Source: Desulfonatronospira sp.
GTDB taxonomy: Bacteria; Desulfobacterota; Desulfovibrionia; Desulfovibrionales; Desulfonatronovibrionaceae
Strand: one strand, 5' to 3'
Assembly (NCBI RefSeq): GCF_003553695.1
Contig: NZ_PWFB01000012.1
Length of the DNA stretch: 64,000 nucleotides
Part shown: positions 17,230 through 27,969 of the stretch, one piece after another
Layout of the letters: every line of letters starts with the position of its first letter
Numbering within the stretch: position 1 is the first letter of the stretch
Made by a program: the position numbers and the translations under genes
The notes under the pieces: model-generated
What the model was told of the DNA's origin: nothing
Databases searched by the model: none
The model's input: the letters and a program-made list of their open reading frames with translations, nothing else

Positions 17230-18468
17230 ATGCCAAGAGTAGTTGTTACCGGCCTGTCAGCCCTGACCCCTATAGGCAGTGACCTCGACAGCAGCTGGGA
17301 AAACCTTCTGGCCGGCAAAAGCGGAGTGGATCACCTGGAACGTTTCGACAGCACAGGATATGCCTCCAGAATCGCAGCCGAGGTCAAGGATTTTGATCCC
17401 ACAGCATATATGAGCGCCAAGGAAGCCAAACGCATGGACCGCTTCTGCCACCTGGGTGGGGCCGGAGCGCAGATGCTCATGCAGGACTCCGGCCTGACTC
17501 CGGACAATATGGATATGGAGCAGTGCGGAGTGTTGCTGGGATGCGGGCTGGGCGGCCTTGAAACCATCGAGGAATTCCATTCCAAACTCCTCAAGTCCGG
17601 TCCCAAAAGGGTATCCCCCTTTTATATTCCTCTTTTGATAGCCAACATGGTTGCCGGACAGATATCCATAACCACCGGAGTAAAGGGACCCAACCTGGTG
17701 ACCACCTCTGCATGCGCCTCCGGCATGCACGCCATCGGCTACGCCTATTCAGACATAAGGCTGGGCCGGGCCAAGGCCATGATCACCGGAGGAGTGGAGT
17801 CCACCATAACCCCCATGGCCTTATCCGGCTTCAGCGCCATGAAGGCCCTGTCCACCAGAAACGACGACCCGCAAAAGGCCAGTCGCCCCTTTGACAAAGA
17901 CCGGGACGGATTTGTCATCGGTGAAGGAAGCGGGCAGATGATCCTGGAATCCCTGGACAGCGCACTGGAAAGAGGAGCCAGGATTTACGCTGAAGTCGTC
18001 GGATTCGGGGCTACAGCGGATGCCTTTCATATAACCGCCCCGGATGATTCCGGGGAGGGCATGGCCAGCTGCATGAAACAGGCCCTGCGCGAAGCCGGAG
18101 TATCGCCTGAGCAGGTGGATCACATAAATGCCCACGGTACTTCCACTTACTTGAACGACATCACCGAAACCAGGGCCATCAAGGAAGTCTTTGGCAAACA
18201 TGCCTACGACATACTGCTAACAGCCAACAAGTCCATGATCGGGCATACCCTGGGGGCGGCAGGTGGCATAGAGGGGGTATTCTGCGCCAAAAGCCTTTAC
18301 CATGGACAGGTGCCGGGCACCATCAACCTGGATACTGCCGATCCCCATTGCGACCTGGACTATTGCTCCCGGGGCAGCGTTAACAGAAGCATCGATTTCG
18401 CCCTGTGCAATTCATTCGGATTTGGAGGAACCAACGGCTGTATCCTGTTTAAAAAATTTGAAGTATAG
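17230..18468 (+). CDS. fabF: 3-oxoacyl-ACP synthase II
   Basis: RVVVTGL, TSACASG, PFDKDRDGFVIGEG, HINAHGTST, GHTLGAAG, NSFGFGGTN. Confidence 0.96.
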   Translation: MPRVVVTGLSALTPIGSDLDSSWENLLAGKSGVDHLERFDSTGYASRIAAEVKDFDPTAYMSAKEAKRMDRFCHLGGAGAQMLMQDSGLTPDNMDMEQCGVLLGCGLGGLETIEEFHSKLLKSGPKRVSPFYIPLLIANMVAGQISITTGVKGPNLVTTSACASGMHAIGYAYSDIRLGRAKAMITGGVESTITPMALSGFSAMKALSTRNDDPQKASRPFDKDRDGFVIGEGSGQMILESLDSALERGARIYAEVVGFGATADAFHITAPDDSGEGMASCMKQALREAGVSPEQVDHINAHGTSTYLNDITETRAIKEVFGKHAYDILLTANKSMIGHTLGAAGGIEGVFCAKSLYHGQVPGTINLDTADPHCDLDYCSRGSVNRSIDFALCNSFGFGGTNGCILFKKFEV

Positions 18469-18505
18469 GGGTTGTTCACCCTGTTTATAAGGAGAAATAC
18501 ATAAG

Positions 18506-19750
18506 ATGAACATGGAAGAAATCAGAAGAGTAGACCCGGAAATAGCCAGGTGCATAGATCTGGAGGAAAAGCGCCAGCTGAACAAACTTGAGCTCATTGC
18601 CTCCGAGAACTTTACCTCACTGGCGGTGAGACAGGCCATGGGCACTGTCTTGACCCACAAGTATGCCGAAGGCTACCCTGGCAAGAGATACTACGGCGGC
18701 TGCGAATACGTGGATATGGCTGAAGATCTGGCCCGGGACAGGGCTAAAGAACTCTTCGGTGCCGAGTATGTCAATGTCCAGCCTCATTCCGGCTCTCAGG
18801 CCAACATGGGAGTTTTCTTCGGGATGCTGAAGCCCGGTGACACCATCATGGGTATGGACCTCTCCCACGGCGGGCACCTGACCCACGGCTGCCCGGCCAA
18901 CTTTTCCGGAAAGCTTTACCAGGCTGTATTTTATGGCGTGGAAAAAGAAACCGGGTACATAAACTACGAACAGGTGGAAGAGCTTGCCCTGAAGCACAGG
19001 CCCAAGATGATTATCGCCGGGGCCAGCGCTTACCCCAGGGAAATCGATTTTCAACGCTTCCGGGAAATCGCGGACAAAGTGGATGCCAAGCTCACCGTGG
19101 ATATGGCCCATATCGCCGGAATAATTGCAGCAGGCCTTCACCCCTCTCCGGTACCCCATGCACACTTCACAACCACAACCACGCACAAGACCCTGCGCGG
19201 TCCCAGAGGAGGCATGATCCTCAGCCGGGACGAATATGCCAGGACCCTGAATTCCCAGATATTTCCAGGGATTCAGGGCGGCCCCCTCATGCACGTCATA
19301 GCGGCCAAGGCCATAGCCTTCAAAGAGGCCCTTGCCCCGGAATTCAAAACCTATCAGCAGCTGGTCATCGATAACGCCCGGGCCATCGGCAGGCTTCTCT
19401 CTGACTCCGGCTTCAACCTGGTATCCAATGGAACGGACAACCATATCCTGCTGGTGGACCTGACCAACAAGGATATTACCGGCAAAGACGCCGAAATTGC
19501 CCTGGATACAGCGGGCATGACCGTGAATAAAAACACTGTGCCCTTTGAAACCAGGTCTCCCTTTGTTACTTCAGGCATCAGGATCGGCAGCTCGGCCCTC
19601 ACCACCCGAGGCATGCGCCCCGAGCATATGGAGAAGGTGGTCGACTGGATGATTGCTGCCCTGGAAAACTCCAGCAACCGGGAGCGTCTGAATCAGATCA
19701 GCAAAGAGGTGGAAAAATTCGCCAAAGAATTTCCTCTCTTTGCATGGTAG
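18506..19750 (+). CDS. glyA: Serine hydroxymethyltransferase
   Basis: [44 protein letters not shown]. Confidence 0.98.
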   Translation: MNMEEIRRVDPEIARCIDLEEKRQLNKLELIASENFTSLAVRQAMGTVLTHKYAEGYPGKRYYGGCEYVDMAEDLARDRAKELFGAEYVNVQPHSGSQANMGVFFGMLKPGDTIMGMDLSHGGHLTHGCPANFSGKLYQAVFYGVEKETGYINYEQVEELALKHRPKMIIAGASAYPREIDFQRFREIADKVDAKLTVDMAHIAGIIAAGLHPSPVPHAHFTTTTTHKTLRGPRGGMILSRDEYARTLNSQIFPGIQGGPLMHVIAAKAIAFKEALAPEFKTYQQLVIDNARAIGRLLSDSGFNLVSNGTDNHILLVDLTNKDITGKDAEIALDTAGMTVNKNTVPFETRSPFVTSGIRIGSSALTTRGMRPEHMEKVVDWMIAALENSSNRERLNQISKEVEKFAKEFPLFAW

Positions 19751-19812
19751 CAGGTAAATCAGGCGGCAGGGGACTGGCTGTGCCGCAGAAGCCTCACCAG
19801 TGCTTCGGCCCT

Positions 19813-19837
19813 GGCTTGGCTTCCCAGCCAAGCCTTT
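19813..19837 (+). terminator. Internal hairpin between glyA and the deaminase/rib genes (weak terminator or RNA-stability element)
   Basis: GGCTTGGCT-TCCC-AGCCAAGCC followed by TTT. Confidence 0.35.
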
Positions 19838-19858
19838 AGACGCCGGGAGGTGCAGGTG

Positions 19859-20317
19859 ATGCAGCAAAGACTTTCATGGGACCAGTACTACATGCGCATC
19901 ACCCACCTTGTAGCCCGGCGCTCCACATGCCTCAGGCGGGTGGTGGGAGCCATGGCTGTCAAGGACAAACGCATCCTGGCCACCGGCTACAATGGAGCCC
20001 CGGCCGGGCTGGAACACTGCCTGGATGTGGGGTGCCTGCGCGAGGAACTGGGCATCCCCTCAGGTGAACGACACGAGCTGTGCAGAGGCCTGCACGCTGA
20101 ACAAAACGTGATTATCCAGGCCGCAATTCACGGGGTGAGCATAACCGGCTCCTATATCTACTGCACCACCCAGCCCTGCCTCATATGCTCCAAGATGCTC
20201 ATCAACTGCGGAATTAAAAAAATCTTTTTCAGTCAGGGATATCCTGATCCATTGGCCCAGGAAATGCTGAGCAGGGCCCAGGTGGAGTTCGAGCTTCTGC
20301 AGATAAACAGGGATTGA
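19859..20317 (+). CDS. Deoxycytidylate (dCMP) deaminase family protein
   Basis: [29 protein letters not shown] Zn motifs; alternative GTG start at 19850. Confidence 0.9.
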   Translation: MQQRLSWDQYYMRITHLVARRSTCLRRVVGAMAVKDKRILATGYNGAPAGLEHCLDVGCLREELGIPSGERHELCRGLHAEQNVIIQAAIHGVSITGSYIYCTTQPCLICSKMLINCGIKKIFFSQGYPDPLAQEMLSRAQVEFELLQINRD

Positions 20318-20337
20318 GCGCAGCCGGGAATTAATTC

Positions 20338-21453
20338 ATGAACCAGAGCCAATTCATGCTTAAAGCCCTGGACTTGGCAAAAAAGGCCAAGGGTTATACC
20401 GCTCCCAATCCCTGCGTGGGAGCACTGGTGACGTCCGGGGACAGGATCATGGGCAGAGGATGGCACAGGGCCTGTGGTGAAGATCATGCCGAAGTGGAGG
20501 CCGTAAAAAACGCCCGGGAAAACGCTGCAGATCTTTCCTCCTGCACCATGTACGTCACTCTTGAACCTTGCAATCACCAAGGCCGGACCCCTCCCTGCAC
20601 CACTGCCATACTCCAGGCCGGCATACCGGAAGTGATCATAGGAACCAGGGACCCCAATTCCCTGGTCCAGGGCGGCGGGGCGGATTTTCTACAACACAGT
20701 GGAGTAAGAGTCACAGTAGGCGTGGAAGAGCAAAGATGCCGGGATCTCATCGCTGATTTTTCCCTGTGGAACAATTCAGACCGTCCATATGTCTACCTCA
20801 AGACCGCTTCCACCCTTGACGGACGCATAGCCACCCGCACCGGGCACTCCAGGTGGGTTACCTCGGAGAATGCCAGACAGATGGTCCACGAATTAAGGTC
20901 CAGGGTGGGCGCGGTGCTGGTGGGAGGCAACACCTTTTACCAGGATAATCCCGCCCTGAACAGCCGCATCCAGGGAGTCAGGCATCAGCCTCTGGCAGTG
21001 ATTCTCACCTCCAGGCTGCCTGATCCAGATGATGATTTTTACCTGCTGCAGAAAAGAGCCTCCCGGACCATCTTCTGGACCGACCAGGCATCTGCTTCTT
21101 CCTCCAAGGCAGACGCCCTTAAGGCCCGGGGCTGCAGGGTCATGGGTCTGGACAGAAAAGGCCCCGGTCTGAACCTGGAGCAGGGGTTGCAGAAGCTCAG
21201 GCAGGAACTGGGCATTTATTACGTTTTATGCGAGGGAGGGGGCCGACTGGCCATGTGCCTCTTACAGCAGGGCCTGGCTGATGAAACCTGGGCCTTTGTA
21301 GCCCTGAAAATGCTTGGTGATCAGCAGGCCGTGCCGGTGGCCGGGGGCAGAGAAGTGGAATTTATGGATCAGGCCCTGAACTTTCGCCCGGGAGAAATTT
21401 TGAACCTGGGACCCGAGATCCTGCTCAAGCTCTTTTCCCTGAACAGGGAATAA
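20338..21453 (+). CDS. ribD: Riboflavin biosynthesis deaminase/reductase
   Basis: PNPCVGA, HAEVEA, TLEPCNH..TPPC, SLDGRIAT-like, EGGG. Confidence 0.95.
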   Translation: MNQSQFMLKALDLAKKAKGYTAPNPCVGALVTSGDRIMGRGWHRACGEDHAEVEAVKNARENAADLSSCTMYVTLEPCNHQGRTPPCTTAILQAGIPEVIIGTRDPNSLVQGGGADFLQHSGVRVTVGVEEQRCRDLIADFSLWNNSDRPYVYLKTASTLDGRIATRTGHSRWVTSENARQMVHELRSRVGAVLVGGNTFYQDNPALNSRIQGVRHQPLAVILTSRLPDPDDDFYLLQKRASRTIFWTDQASASSSKADALKARGCRVMGLDRKGPGLNLEQGLQKLRQELGIYYVLCEGGGRLAMCLLQQGLADETWAFVALKMLGDQQAVPVAGGREVEFMDQALNFRPGEILNLGPEILLKLFSLNRE

Positions 21454-21494
21454 TTCATTGACCATTATAGGGTAATGGGAGACAATAACAGATT

Positions 21495-22151
21495 ATGTTT
21501 ACCGGCCTCATACAGGGCACAGGCAGAGTTTCCGCCATAGAAAAAAAGGGCCTGGAGACCAGGTTCACGGTCAGGGCGGACTTTGCCATCAGAGATCCCC
21601 GCCCCGGAGAGAGCATTGCTGTCAACGGGGTCTGCCTCACTGCGGAAAATTTCAGCCGGGATGCTTTTCATGTGTATGCCTCTGCCCAGACCATCTCGGT
21701 TACAAATTTAAAAAACATAAGCATAGGCAGCCAGCTAAATCTTGAAAGGGCACTGGCCCTGGGAGACAGGCTCGGGGGGCATCTGGTGTCCGGACATGTG
21801 GATTGTCTGGCAGTAGTGGAAGATATCCAGTCGGCCGGTGAATCCAGAAAAATCACCTTGGGTTTTTCAGAAGAGTTAAGTCCCCAGGTGATAAACAAAG
21901 GCTCCGTTGCCCTGGATGGAGTAAGTCTGACCATAACCGGATGTGGTCCGGGATGGCTGCAGGTGAACATTATCCCGGCCACCTGGAAGGAAACCGCCAT
22001 TGCCCGCTGGAAAAAAGGCTCTCAGGTCAACATGGAGACCGACCTTATCGGAAAATACGTCCAGAACATGCTGGCCCCCTGGTCTGCGGACCAGTCCCGG
22101 ACCCGGAACGGAAAAATCGACATGGATTTCTTGAGACAGCATGGTTTTTAA
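21495..22151 (+). CDS. ribE: Riboflavin synthase
   Basis: MFTGLI start, SIAVNGVCLT, NLERAL, GGHLVSGHVD, GSVALDGVSLT. Confidence 0.96.
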   Translation: MFTGLIQGTGRVSAIEKKGLETRFTVRADFAIRDPRPGESIAVNGVCLTAENFSRDAFHVYASAQTISVTNLKNISIGSQLNLERALALGDRLGGHLVSGHVDCLAVVEDIQSAGESRKITLGFSEELSPQVINKGSVALDGVSLTITGCGPGWLQVNIIPATWKETAIARWKKGSQVNMETDLIGKYVQNMLAPWSADQSRTRNGKIDMDFLRQHGF

Positions 22152-22198
22152 GGCTAATAATTTATCCTGAGGGAAAATAAATAAACACGAGGCTAAAA

Positions 22199-23410
22199 AT
22201 GTCAGTTAGCAGCATCGAAGAAGCAATTGAAGACATCCGGCGGGGCCGGATGGTCATCCTGGTGGATGATGAGGACAGGGAAAACGAGGGAGACCTGACC
22301 ATCGCCGCCGAACACATCACTCCCGAGACCATAAATTTCATGGCCAAATACGGCCGCGGGCTCATCTGCCTGGCCCTGGCCCCGGAATGGGTGGACAGGC
22401 TGGGCCTGCCCATGATGGCCCCCAAAAACACCTCCAGATTTGAAACCGCCTTCACCGTTTCCATAGAAGCGGCCAAAGGGGTAACCACCGGCATTTCGGC
22501 CTATGACCGGGCCACCACCATTCTCACCGCCATCCAGGACAACGTGGTCCCGGAAGATATCGCCACGCCCGGGCATATATTTCCCCTGCGGGCCAAAAAA
22601 GGCGGAGTGCTGGTCCGGGCCGGGCAGACCGAGGGAAGCATGGATCTTGCCCGCCTGGCAGGGCTCAAACCGGCGGCGGTGATCTGCGAAATAATGCGCG
22701 ACGACGGCAACATGGCCCGCATGCCCGATCTCATTGAATTCGCCAGAAAACACGAAATCAAAATCTGCACCATCGAGGAGCTGATCCGTTACCGATCCAG
22801 GTTCGACTCCATGGTCAAACGGGTGGCTGAAGCTGAACTGCCCACCGAATGCGGCACTTTCCGGGCCATAGCCTATGAAAACGAGGTGGACGAGCACACC
22901 CATGTGGCCCTGGTCAAGGGCAAAATCAAAAAGAACGAACCCGTACTGGTGCGGGTGCACAGCCAGTGCCTTACAGGTGATGTTTTCGGATCCCTGCGCT
23001 GTGACTGCGGCAACCAGCTCAAGGCCGCCATGCGCATGGTGGACCAGGCCGGAAAAGGCGTAATCCTGTACATGAGTCAGGAAGGTCGGGGAATAGGCCT
23101 GGCCAACAAGATAAAGGCCTATGCCCTGCAGGATCAGGGCCGGGACACCGTGGAGGCCAACGAAGAACTGGGGTTCGCTCCAGATTTACGCAGCTACGGC
23201 ATAGGAGCCCAGATACTGGTGGACCTGGGCATCACCAAAATGCGTCTTATGACCAACAACCCCAAGAAAATAATCGGCCTGGAAGGCTTTGCCCTGGAGG
23301 TGGTGGACAGGGTATCCATCGAAGTCCCTGCCTGTGAGCAGAACCAGTGCTATCTGCTGACCAAGAAGGAAAAGATGGGGCATATCCTGAGTATTTCCGG
23401 AAAGCAGTAA
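22199..23410 (+). CDS. ribBA: Bifunctional DHBP synthase / GTP cyclohydrolase II
   Basis: DDEDRENEGD, PGHIFPL, RAGQTE, RVHSQCLTGDVFGSLRCDCG, QEGRGIGL, TNNPKK. Confidence 0.97.
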   Translation: MSVSSIEEAIEDIRRGRMVILVDDEDRENEGDLTIAAEHITPETINFMAKYGRGLICLALAPEWVDRLGLPMMAPKNTSRFETAFTVSIEAAKGVTTGISAYDRATTILTAIQDNVVPEDIATPGHIFPLRAKKGGVLVRAGQTEGSMDLARLAGLKPAAVICEIMRDDGNMARMPDLIEFARKHEIKICTIEELIRYRSRFDSMVKRVAEAELPTECGTFRAIAYENEVDEHTHVALVKGKIKKNEPVLVRVHSQCLTGDVFGSLRCDCGNQLKAAMRMVDQAGKGVILYMSQEGRGIGLANKIKAYALQDQGRDTVEANEELGFAPDLRSYGIGAQILVDLGITKMRLMTNNPKKIIGLEGFALEVVDRVSIEVPACEQNQCYLLTKKEKMGHILSISGKQ

Positions 23411-23434
23411 ACAAGGACCATTGGAGAGATAAGC

Positions 23435-23908
23435 ATGATGCACATCAAAACCATCGAAGGCAGACTGGATGCCAAGGGGCTTAAAATCGCCCTGGTGGCC
23501 TGCAGATTCAACGACTTTATTGTGGACAGGCTCATCGGCGGAGCCGTGGATTACCTGGTACGCCACGGCATGGCCAGGGAAAACCTGACCCTTTACCGGG
23601 TACCCGGGGCCTTTGAGATGCCTGTACTGGTCAAACGCCTGGCAGGCAAAAAAGACCTGGACGGGATAGTCTGCCTGGGTGCGGTCATCCGCGGGGCAAC
23701 CCCGCATTTCGACTATGTCGCCTCCGAGGCAACAAAAGGTATTGCCCAGAGCTCCATTGAAAGCGGCATGCCTGTGGGCTTTGGCCTTTTAACTACGGAC
23801 AGCCTGGAGCAGGCCATTGAAAGAGCCGGGAGCAAGGCTGGCAACAAGGGTGTGGAGGCCGCAGCAGCTGTTCTGGAACTTATCCGGGTCATGGAGCAGG
23901 TGGATTAA
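23435..23908 (+). CDS. ribH: 6,7-dimethyl-8-ribityllumazine synthase
   Basis: [42 protein letters not shown]. Confidence 0.97.
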   Translation: MMHIKTIEGRLDAKGLKIALVACRFNDFIVDRLIGGAVDYLVRHGMARENLTLYRVPGAFEMPVLVKRLAGKKDLDGIVCLGAVIRGATPHFDYVASEATKGIAQSSIESGMPVGFGLLTTDSLEQAIERAGSKAGNKGVEAAAAVLELIRVMEQVD

Positions 23909-23924
23909 CCCTGTCTGACAGCAA

Positions 23925-24398
23925 ATGTCCAGAAAAACTCACAGCACCAGGCGATCGCATTCAAGGCACGCCCAAAGGGTATTTGCCTTTCAGATCCTTT
24001 ACTCTCTGAATTTTGATCAAACAGGCAGTCGGCTGCTCAGCACCTTTGATCACTTTAAGAATGACCAGGACACTGCAGCACAGCAGGAAATGTCATACGC
24101 TTTGCAGCTGGTAAACGGTGTCCGTGACAACCTGGACAAACTTGATGCCGTAATCAGCAGACATTCCCAGAACTGGAAGGTTAAGCGCATCGCCATGGTG
24201 GAACTGTCCATAATGCGCCTGGCTGTTTATGAAATGACCCACAGGGAGGACATCCCAATTAAGGTGGCCATCAACGAGGCCGTTGAATTGGCCAAGACCT
24301 TTGGGGACAACAACTCGCGCAACTTTGTCAACGGCATCCTGGACGCCGTGGCCAGAGATATAAGACATGATCAACCTGGGACTGACGCGGGAGCTTGA
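23925..24398 (+). CDS. nusB: Transcription antitermination factor NusB
   Basis: AFQILY, ILR-like SIMRLAVYEM, VAINEAVELAKTFG, FVNGILD. Confidence 0.95.
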   Translation: MSRKTHSTRRSHSRHAQRVFAFQILYSLNFDQTGSRLLSTFDHFKNDQDTAAQQEMSYALQLVNGVRDNLDKLDAVISRHSQNWKVKRIAMVELSIMRLAVYEMTHREDIPIKVAINEAVELAKTFGDNNSRNFVNGILDAVARDIRHDQPGTDAGA

Positions 24399-24912
24399 TT
24401 CCTGCCCCATACTTTATTCCAGGCTCGGGTTTGAGTTGCCGACTGGTGAAGATACGGGGGGGCCGCTTCTAAGATCCTGGCCCAGTGAGTATGCCCGAAC
24501 ATGGGAGTTGTTCTTCCCCCTGCAAAAAGACCAGGACCATGCTGAGTGGGCCATGGAGCTTTCCACGTGCATCGAGGGCCTGGGGCAGACCAGGTGGTGT
24601 GTGAACACGCATGATCTGGTCCGGGTCTTCAACCTGCCTGTGGATAAAGCCCTGGCCAGGTGGGGAGATCTATTCTGGCCCCATTTCACCATGGACTCGG
24701 TTTTTGTCTTCACTGTAAAAGATGATGTCCATCTTGTCCGGGAGGTCCTGGAAATATGGCACCGCAGGGAAACAAACATTTGCCTGCGCAGACATTATGA
24801 TTTTACACTCCAGGAGATAAGCGACCCGGCACAGGACACACCACAGAAAATAAAATGTGGTCTGTCCCCCAGGGGTCTGTGGAACAGGATTGGACTTAAA
24901 AGTTGTTATTAA
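24367..24912 (+). CDS. Hypothetical protein, 181 aa, between nusB and leuS
   Basis: Fills the whole gap on the operon strand, overlaps the nusB end by 32 nt and stops 13 nt before leuS; weak RBS, no motif. Confidence 0.55.
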   Translation: MINLGLTRELDSCPILYSRLGFELPTGEDTGGPLLRSWPSEYARTWELFFPLQKDQDHAEWAMELSTCIEGLGQTRWCVNTHDLVRVFNLPVDKALARWGDLFWPHFTMDSVFVFTVKDDVHLVREVLEIWHRRETNICLRRHYDFTLQEISDPAQDTPQKIKCGLSPRGLWNRIGLKSCY

Positions 24913-24925
24913 AGGATGACATTAA

Positions 24926-27430
24926 ATGCAGGAACGCAGGTACATTCCGGAGGAGATAGAAAAAAAGTGGCAGCAGTTCTGGGAGGAAGAGAAAACCTTC
25001 CAGGTCACCCATGAAGAACCTGACAGGCCCAAATACTACGTCCTGGAAATGTTTCCCTACCCCTCCGGGCGTATCCACATGGGCCATGTGCGCAACTATT
25101 CCATCGGGGATGTGGTGTCCAGGATGAAGATGATGCAGGGATACAACGTCCTGCATCCCATGGGCTGGGACGCCTTTGGCATGCCCGCTGAAAACGCGGC
25201 CATAAAGAACAACACCCATCCCGCCCACTGGACCTACCAGAACATCGACTACATGCGCGATGAACTCAAAAGGCTCGGCTACTCCTACGACTGGAGCAGG
25301 GAGCTGGCCACCTGCCATCCTGAATATTACCAGTGGGAGCAGCTGTTTTTTTTAAAGTTTTTCGAGAAGGGCCTGGCATACCGCAAGAAGGCCCCGGTCA
25401 ACTGGTGCCCCACCTGTGTCACTGTCCTGGCCAACGAGCAGGTGGAGGCCGGACAGTGCTGGCGCTGCGACTCCATGGTGGAAAAACGCGAACTCTCCCA
25501 GTGGTTTTTGCGCATAACCGATTATGCCGAAGAACTGCTTAAAGATCTGGACAAGCTTTCAGGCGGGTGGCCGGAACGGGTCATCAGCATGCAGAAGAAC
25601 TGGATCGGCAAAAGCACCGGCATGGAGATAGACTTTCCAGTCCAGGGACTGAAGGAAAAGATCACCGTCTTCACCACCCGGCACGACACTCTGTTCGGGG
25701 CCACCTTCATGAGCCTGGCCCCGGAGCATGAGATGGTCCCCCGACTCATCCGGGACAACCCCGAACAGGAAAAAATCCGCGAATTCATTGCCAGGACCAC
25801 TTCCCAGGAACACCAAGAACGTACAGCCGAGGACACGGAAAAAGAAGGCATATTTACCGGTAGTTACTGCATCAACCCGGCCACCGGGGAAAAAATGCCC
25901 ATTTTTCTGGCCAACTTTGTCCTGGCCGAGTACGGCACCGGTGCGGTCATGGCCGTGCCTGCCCATGACCAGAGAGATCTGGAATTTGCGCGCAAATACA
26001 ACCTGCCGGTGCGGGTGGTGGTCAAACCCCTGGGGATGGACGAACCTTTGCCTGATGAGCTGGACACCGCTTTTGTTGATCCTGGGCTGGCGGTCAACTC
26101 CGGGCAGTTCAACAACAAGCCCACCTCGCAGGTGCAGGAAGAGATTGCCGATTATCTGGAGGGTCTGCAGGCCGGACTAAGGGCTGTAAACTACCGCCTG
26201 CGGGACTGGAACATCTCCAGGCAGCGCTTCTGGGGGGCTCCTATTCCGGTTATTTATTGCCAGACATGCGGCATAGTCCCAGTACCGCCCGGCGACCTTC
26301 CTGTTGTTCTGCCCCAGGAGGCTGAGATGCCCAGGGACGGACGCTCTCCATTGCCGGACCTGGAAAGCTTTGTCCAGGTGGACTGTCCGGAATGCGGCCA
26401 AAAGGCCAGGCGGGAAACAGACACCATGGATACTTTTGTTGAATCCTCCTGGTATTTCGCCAGGTTCACCGCACCGCGCAAAAACGATGACGCCTTTGAT
26501 CCGGAGGCCATAAAATACTGGCTGCCTGTGGACCAGTACATAGGCGGGATTGAACACGCCATTTTGCATCTTCTTTACGCCCGCTTCTTTGTCAAGGCCC
26601 TGCGCGATACAGGATACTGGGACCTGGACGAGCCCTTTGCCCATCTTCTGACCCAGGGCATGGTCCTCAAAGACGGGGCCAAAATGTCCAAGTCCAAGGG
26701 CAACGTGGTGGACCCGGATGAAATGATCCAGCGCTTCGGGGCCGATACAGTCCGGCTTTACTGCCTGTTCGCCTCTCCCCCGGAAAAGGATCTGGAGTGG
26801 AGCGATTCAGCCATTGAAGGCTCCTACAGATTTTTAAACCGCCTCTGGAGGCTGGTGCACGAACTATCCGGGGTCATCTCCCCTGTTGGACCCTGCATGG
26901 CCATGGAAGGGACAAAGCTTACCCCGGAAGAAAATGAGCTGCGGACTGCCGAGCACGAGGCCATGCGCCGCGCCACGCGGGACATGCTGGACAGGTTTCA
27001 GTTCAACACGGCCATAGCCGCCTGTATGGAACTTTTAAACACCATCGGCCAGCGCCGGCAGTCCCTCAGAGAAAGCCCCAACGGGCCGCAGGTGCTCTCA
27101 TCGGCCCTGTCAACGGTTCTGACTGTGCTGGCCCCCATCACTCCGCATATCTGCGAGGAACTGTGGTCGCACATGGGATACAGGCAAAGCCTGGCCTGGA
27201 GCAGATGGCCGGAGTATGACTCCAGGGCCCTGGTGCGCCAAGAGGTCACCGTGGTCATCCAGGTCAACGGAAAGCTGCGCTCCAGCATGAATGTCCCCGT
27301 GGACATGGACCAGGAAGAGCTCAAATCCCTTTGCCTGGAGGATGAAAAAGTCAAGAAACATATCCAGGACAAAAACGTGGTCAAGGTGATAATTGTGCCT
27401 CAAAAACTGGTAAACATAGTGGTGCGTTGA
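24926..27430 (+). CDS. leuS: Leucine--tRNA ligase
   Basis: [33 protein letters not shown]; 834 aa. Confidence 0.98.
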   Translation: MQERRYIPEEIEKKWQQFWEEEKTFQVTHEEPDRPKYYVLEMFPYPSGRIHMGHVRNYSIGDVVSRMKMMQGYNVLHPMGWDAFGMPAENAAIKNNTHPAHWTYQNIDYMRDELKRLGYSYDWSRELATCHPEYYQWEQLFFLKFFEKGLAYRKKAPVNWCPTCVTVLANEQVEAGQCWRCDSMVEKRELSQWFLRITDYAEELLKDLDKLSGGWPERVISMQKNWIGKSTGMEIDFPVQGLKEKITVFTTRHDTLFGATFMSLAPEHEMVPRLIRDNPEQEKIREFIARTTSQEHQERTAEDTEKEGIFTGSYCINPATGEKMPIFLANFVLAEYGTGAVMAVPAHDQRDLEFARKYNLPVRVVVKPLGMDEPLPDELDTAFVDPGLAVNSGQFNNKPTSQVQEEIADYLEGLQAGLRAVNYRLRDWNISRQRFWGAPIPVIYCQTCGIVPVPPGDLPVVLPQEAEMPRDGRSPLPDLESFVQVDCPECGQKARRETDTMDTFVESSWYFARFTAPRKNDDAFDPEAIKYWLPVDQYIGGIEHAILHLLYARFFVKALRDTGYWDLDEPFAHLLTQGMVLKDGAKMSKSKGNVVDPDEMIQRFGADTVRLYCLFASPPEKDLEWSDSAIEGSYRFLNRLWRLVHELSGVISPVGPCMAMEGTKLTPEENELRTAEHEAMRRATRDMLDRFQFNTAIAACMELLNTIGQRRQSLRESPNGPQVLSSALSTVLTVLAPITPHICEELWSHMGYRQSLAWSRWPEYDSRALVRQEVTVVIQVNGKLRSSMNVPVDMDQEELKSLCLEDEKVKKHIQDKNVVKVIIVPQKLVNIVVR

Positions 27431-27432
27431 AT

Positions 27433-27954
27433 ATGCGAATTGCAGTGCTGGTTCTTTGCCTGGCCCTTTGCGCCGGATGCGGCTACAACTTCGCCGGCAT
27501 GACTCCGGTGGATATGCCCGAGGGCGTAAGCCGGCTGCATCTGGACCGGGTGAACAATCCCACCCAGGAGGCCTGGCTGGAGCCTTTCGTGCGTTCCAAC
27601 TTCCGCGACGAGTTCTCCAGGCGGGCGGATATATCCTGGGTGGACCGGGAGCAGTCCCAGGCCTACATAGAGATAGACATCAAAAACTACCGGGTTTCCG
27701 ACGATCTCACCGGGGCCGGGGACAGGGCGGTGCGCTCCGATGTAAGGCTGGACCTGGAAGTAAAAATTTATCACTCCCAGGATGACCAGCTGTTGTGGTC
27801 TTCGGGCAGCGTCCGCGGCAGCAGCTCTTATTACCTGGCCCAGGATCAGGCCCCGGTGCCGGGGGAGAGCACCCCGGGAGAAAGGCAGGCTGCCCAGGAA
27901 GCAGTTGAAGAAGCCCTGCGCCTGGCCACGGACCGGCTGGGCACAGAATTTTAA
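27433..27954 (+). CDS. lptE: LPS assembly lipoprotein LptE
   Basis: Lipobox ALCAG-C then GY; position between leuS and holA. Confidence 0.8.
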   Translation: MRIAVLVLCLALCAGCGYNFAGMTPVDMPEGVSRLHLDRVNNPTQEAWLEPFVRSNFRDEFSRRADISWVDREQSQAYIEIDIKNYRVSDDLTGAGDRAVRSDVRLDLEVKIYHSQDDQLLWSSGSVRGSSSYYLAQDQAPVPGESTPGERQAAQEAVEEALRLATDRLGTEF

Positions 27955-27969
27955 GGGCCGGGTTGTACC

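Noticed and set aside
19751-21494. FMN riboswitch for the rib genes
   Set aside because: Spacers are too short and lack the conserved FMN aptamer strings
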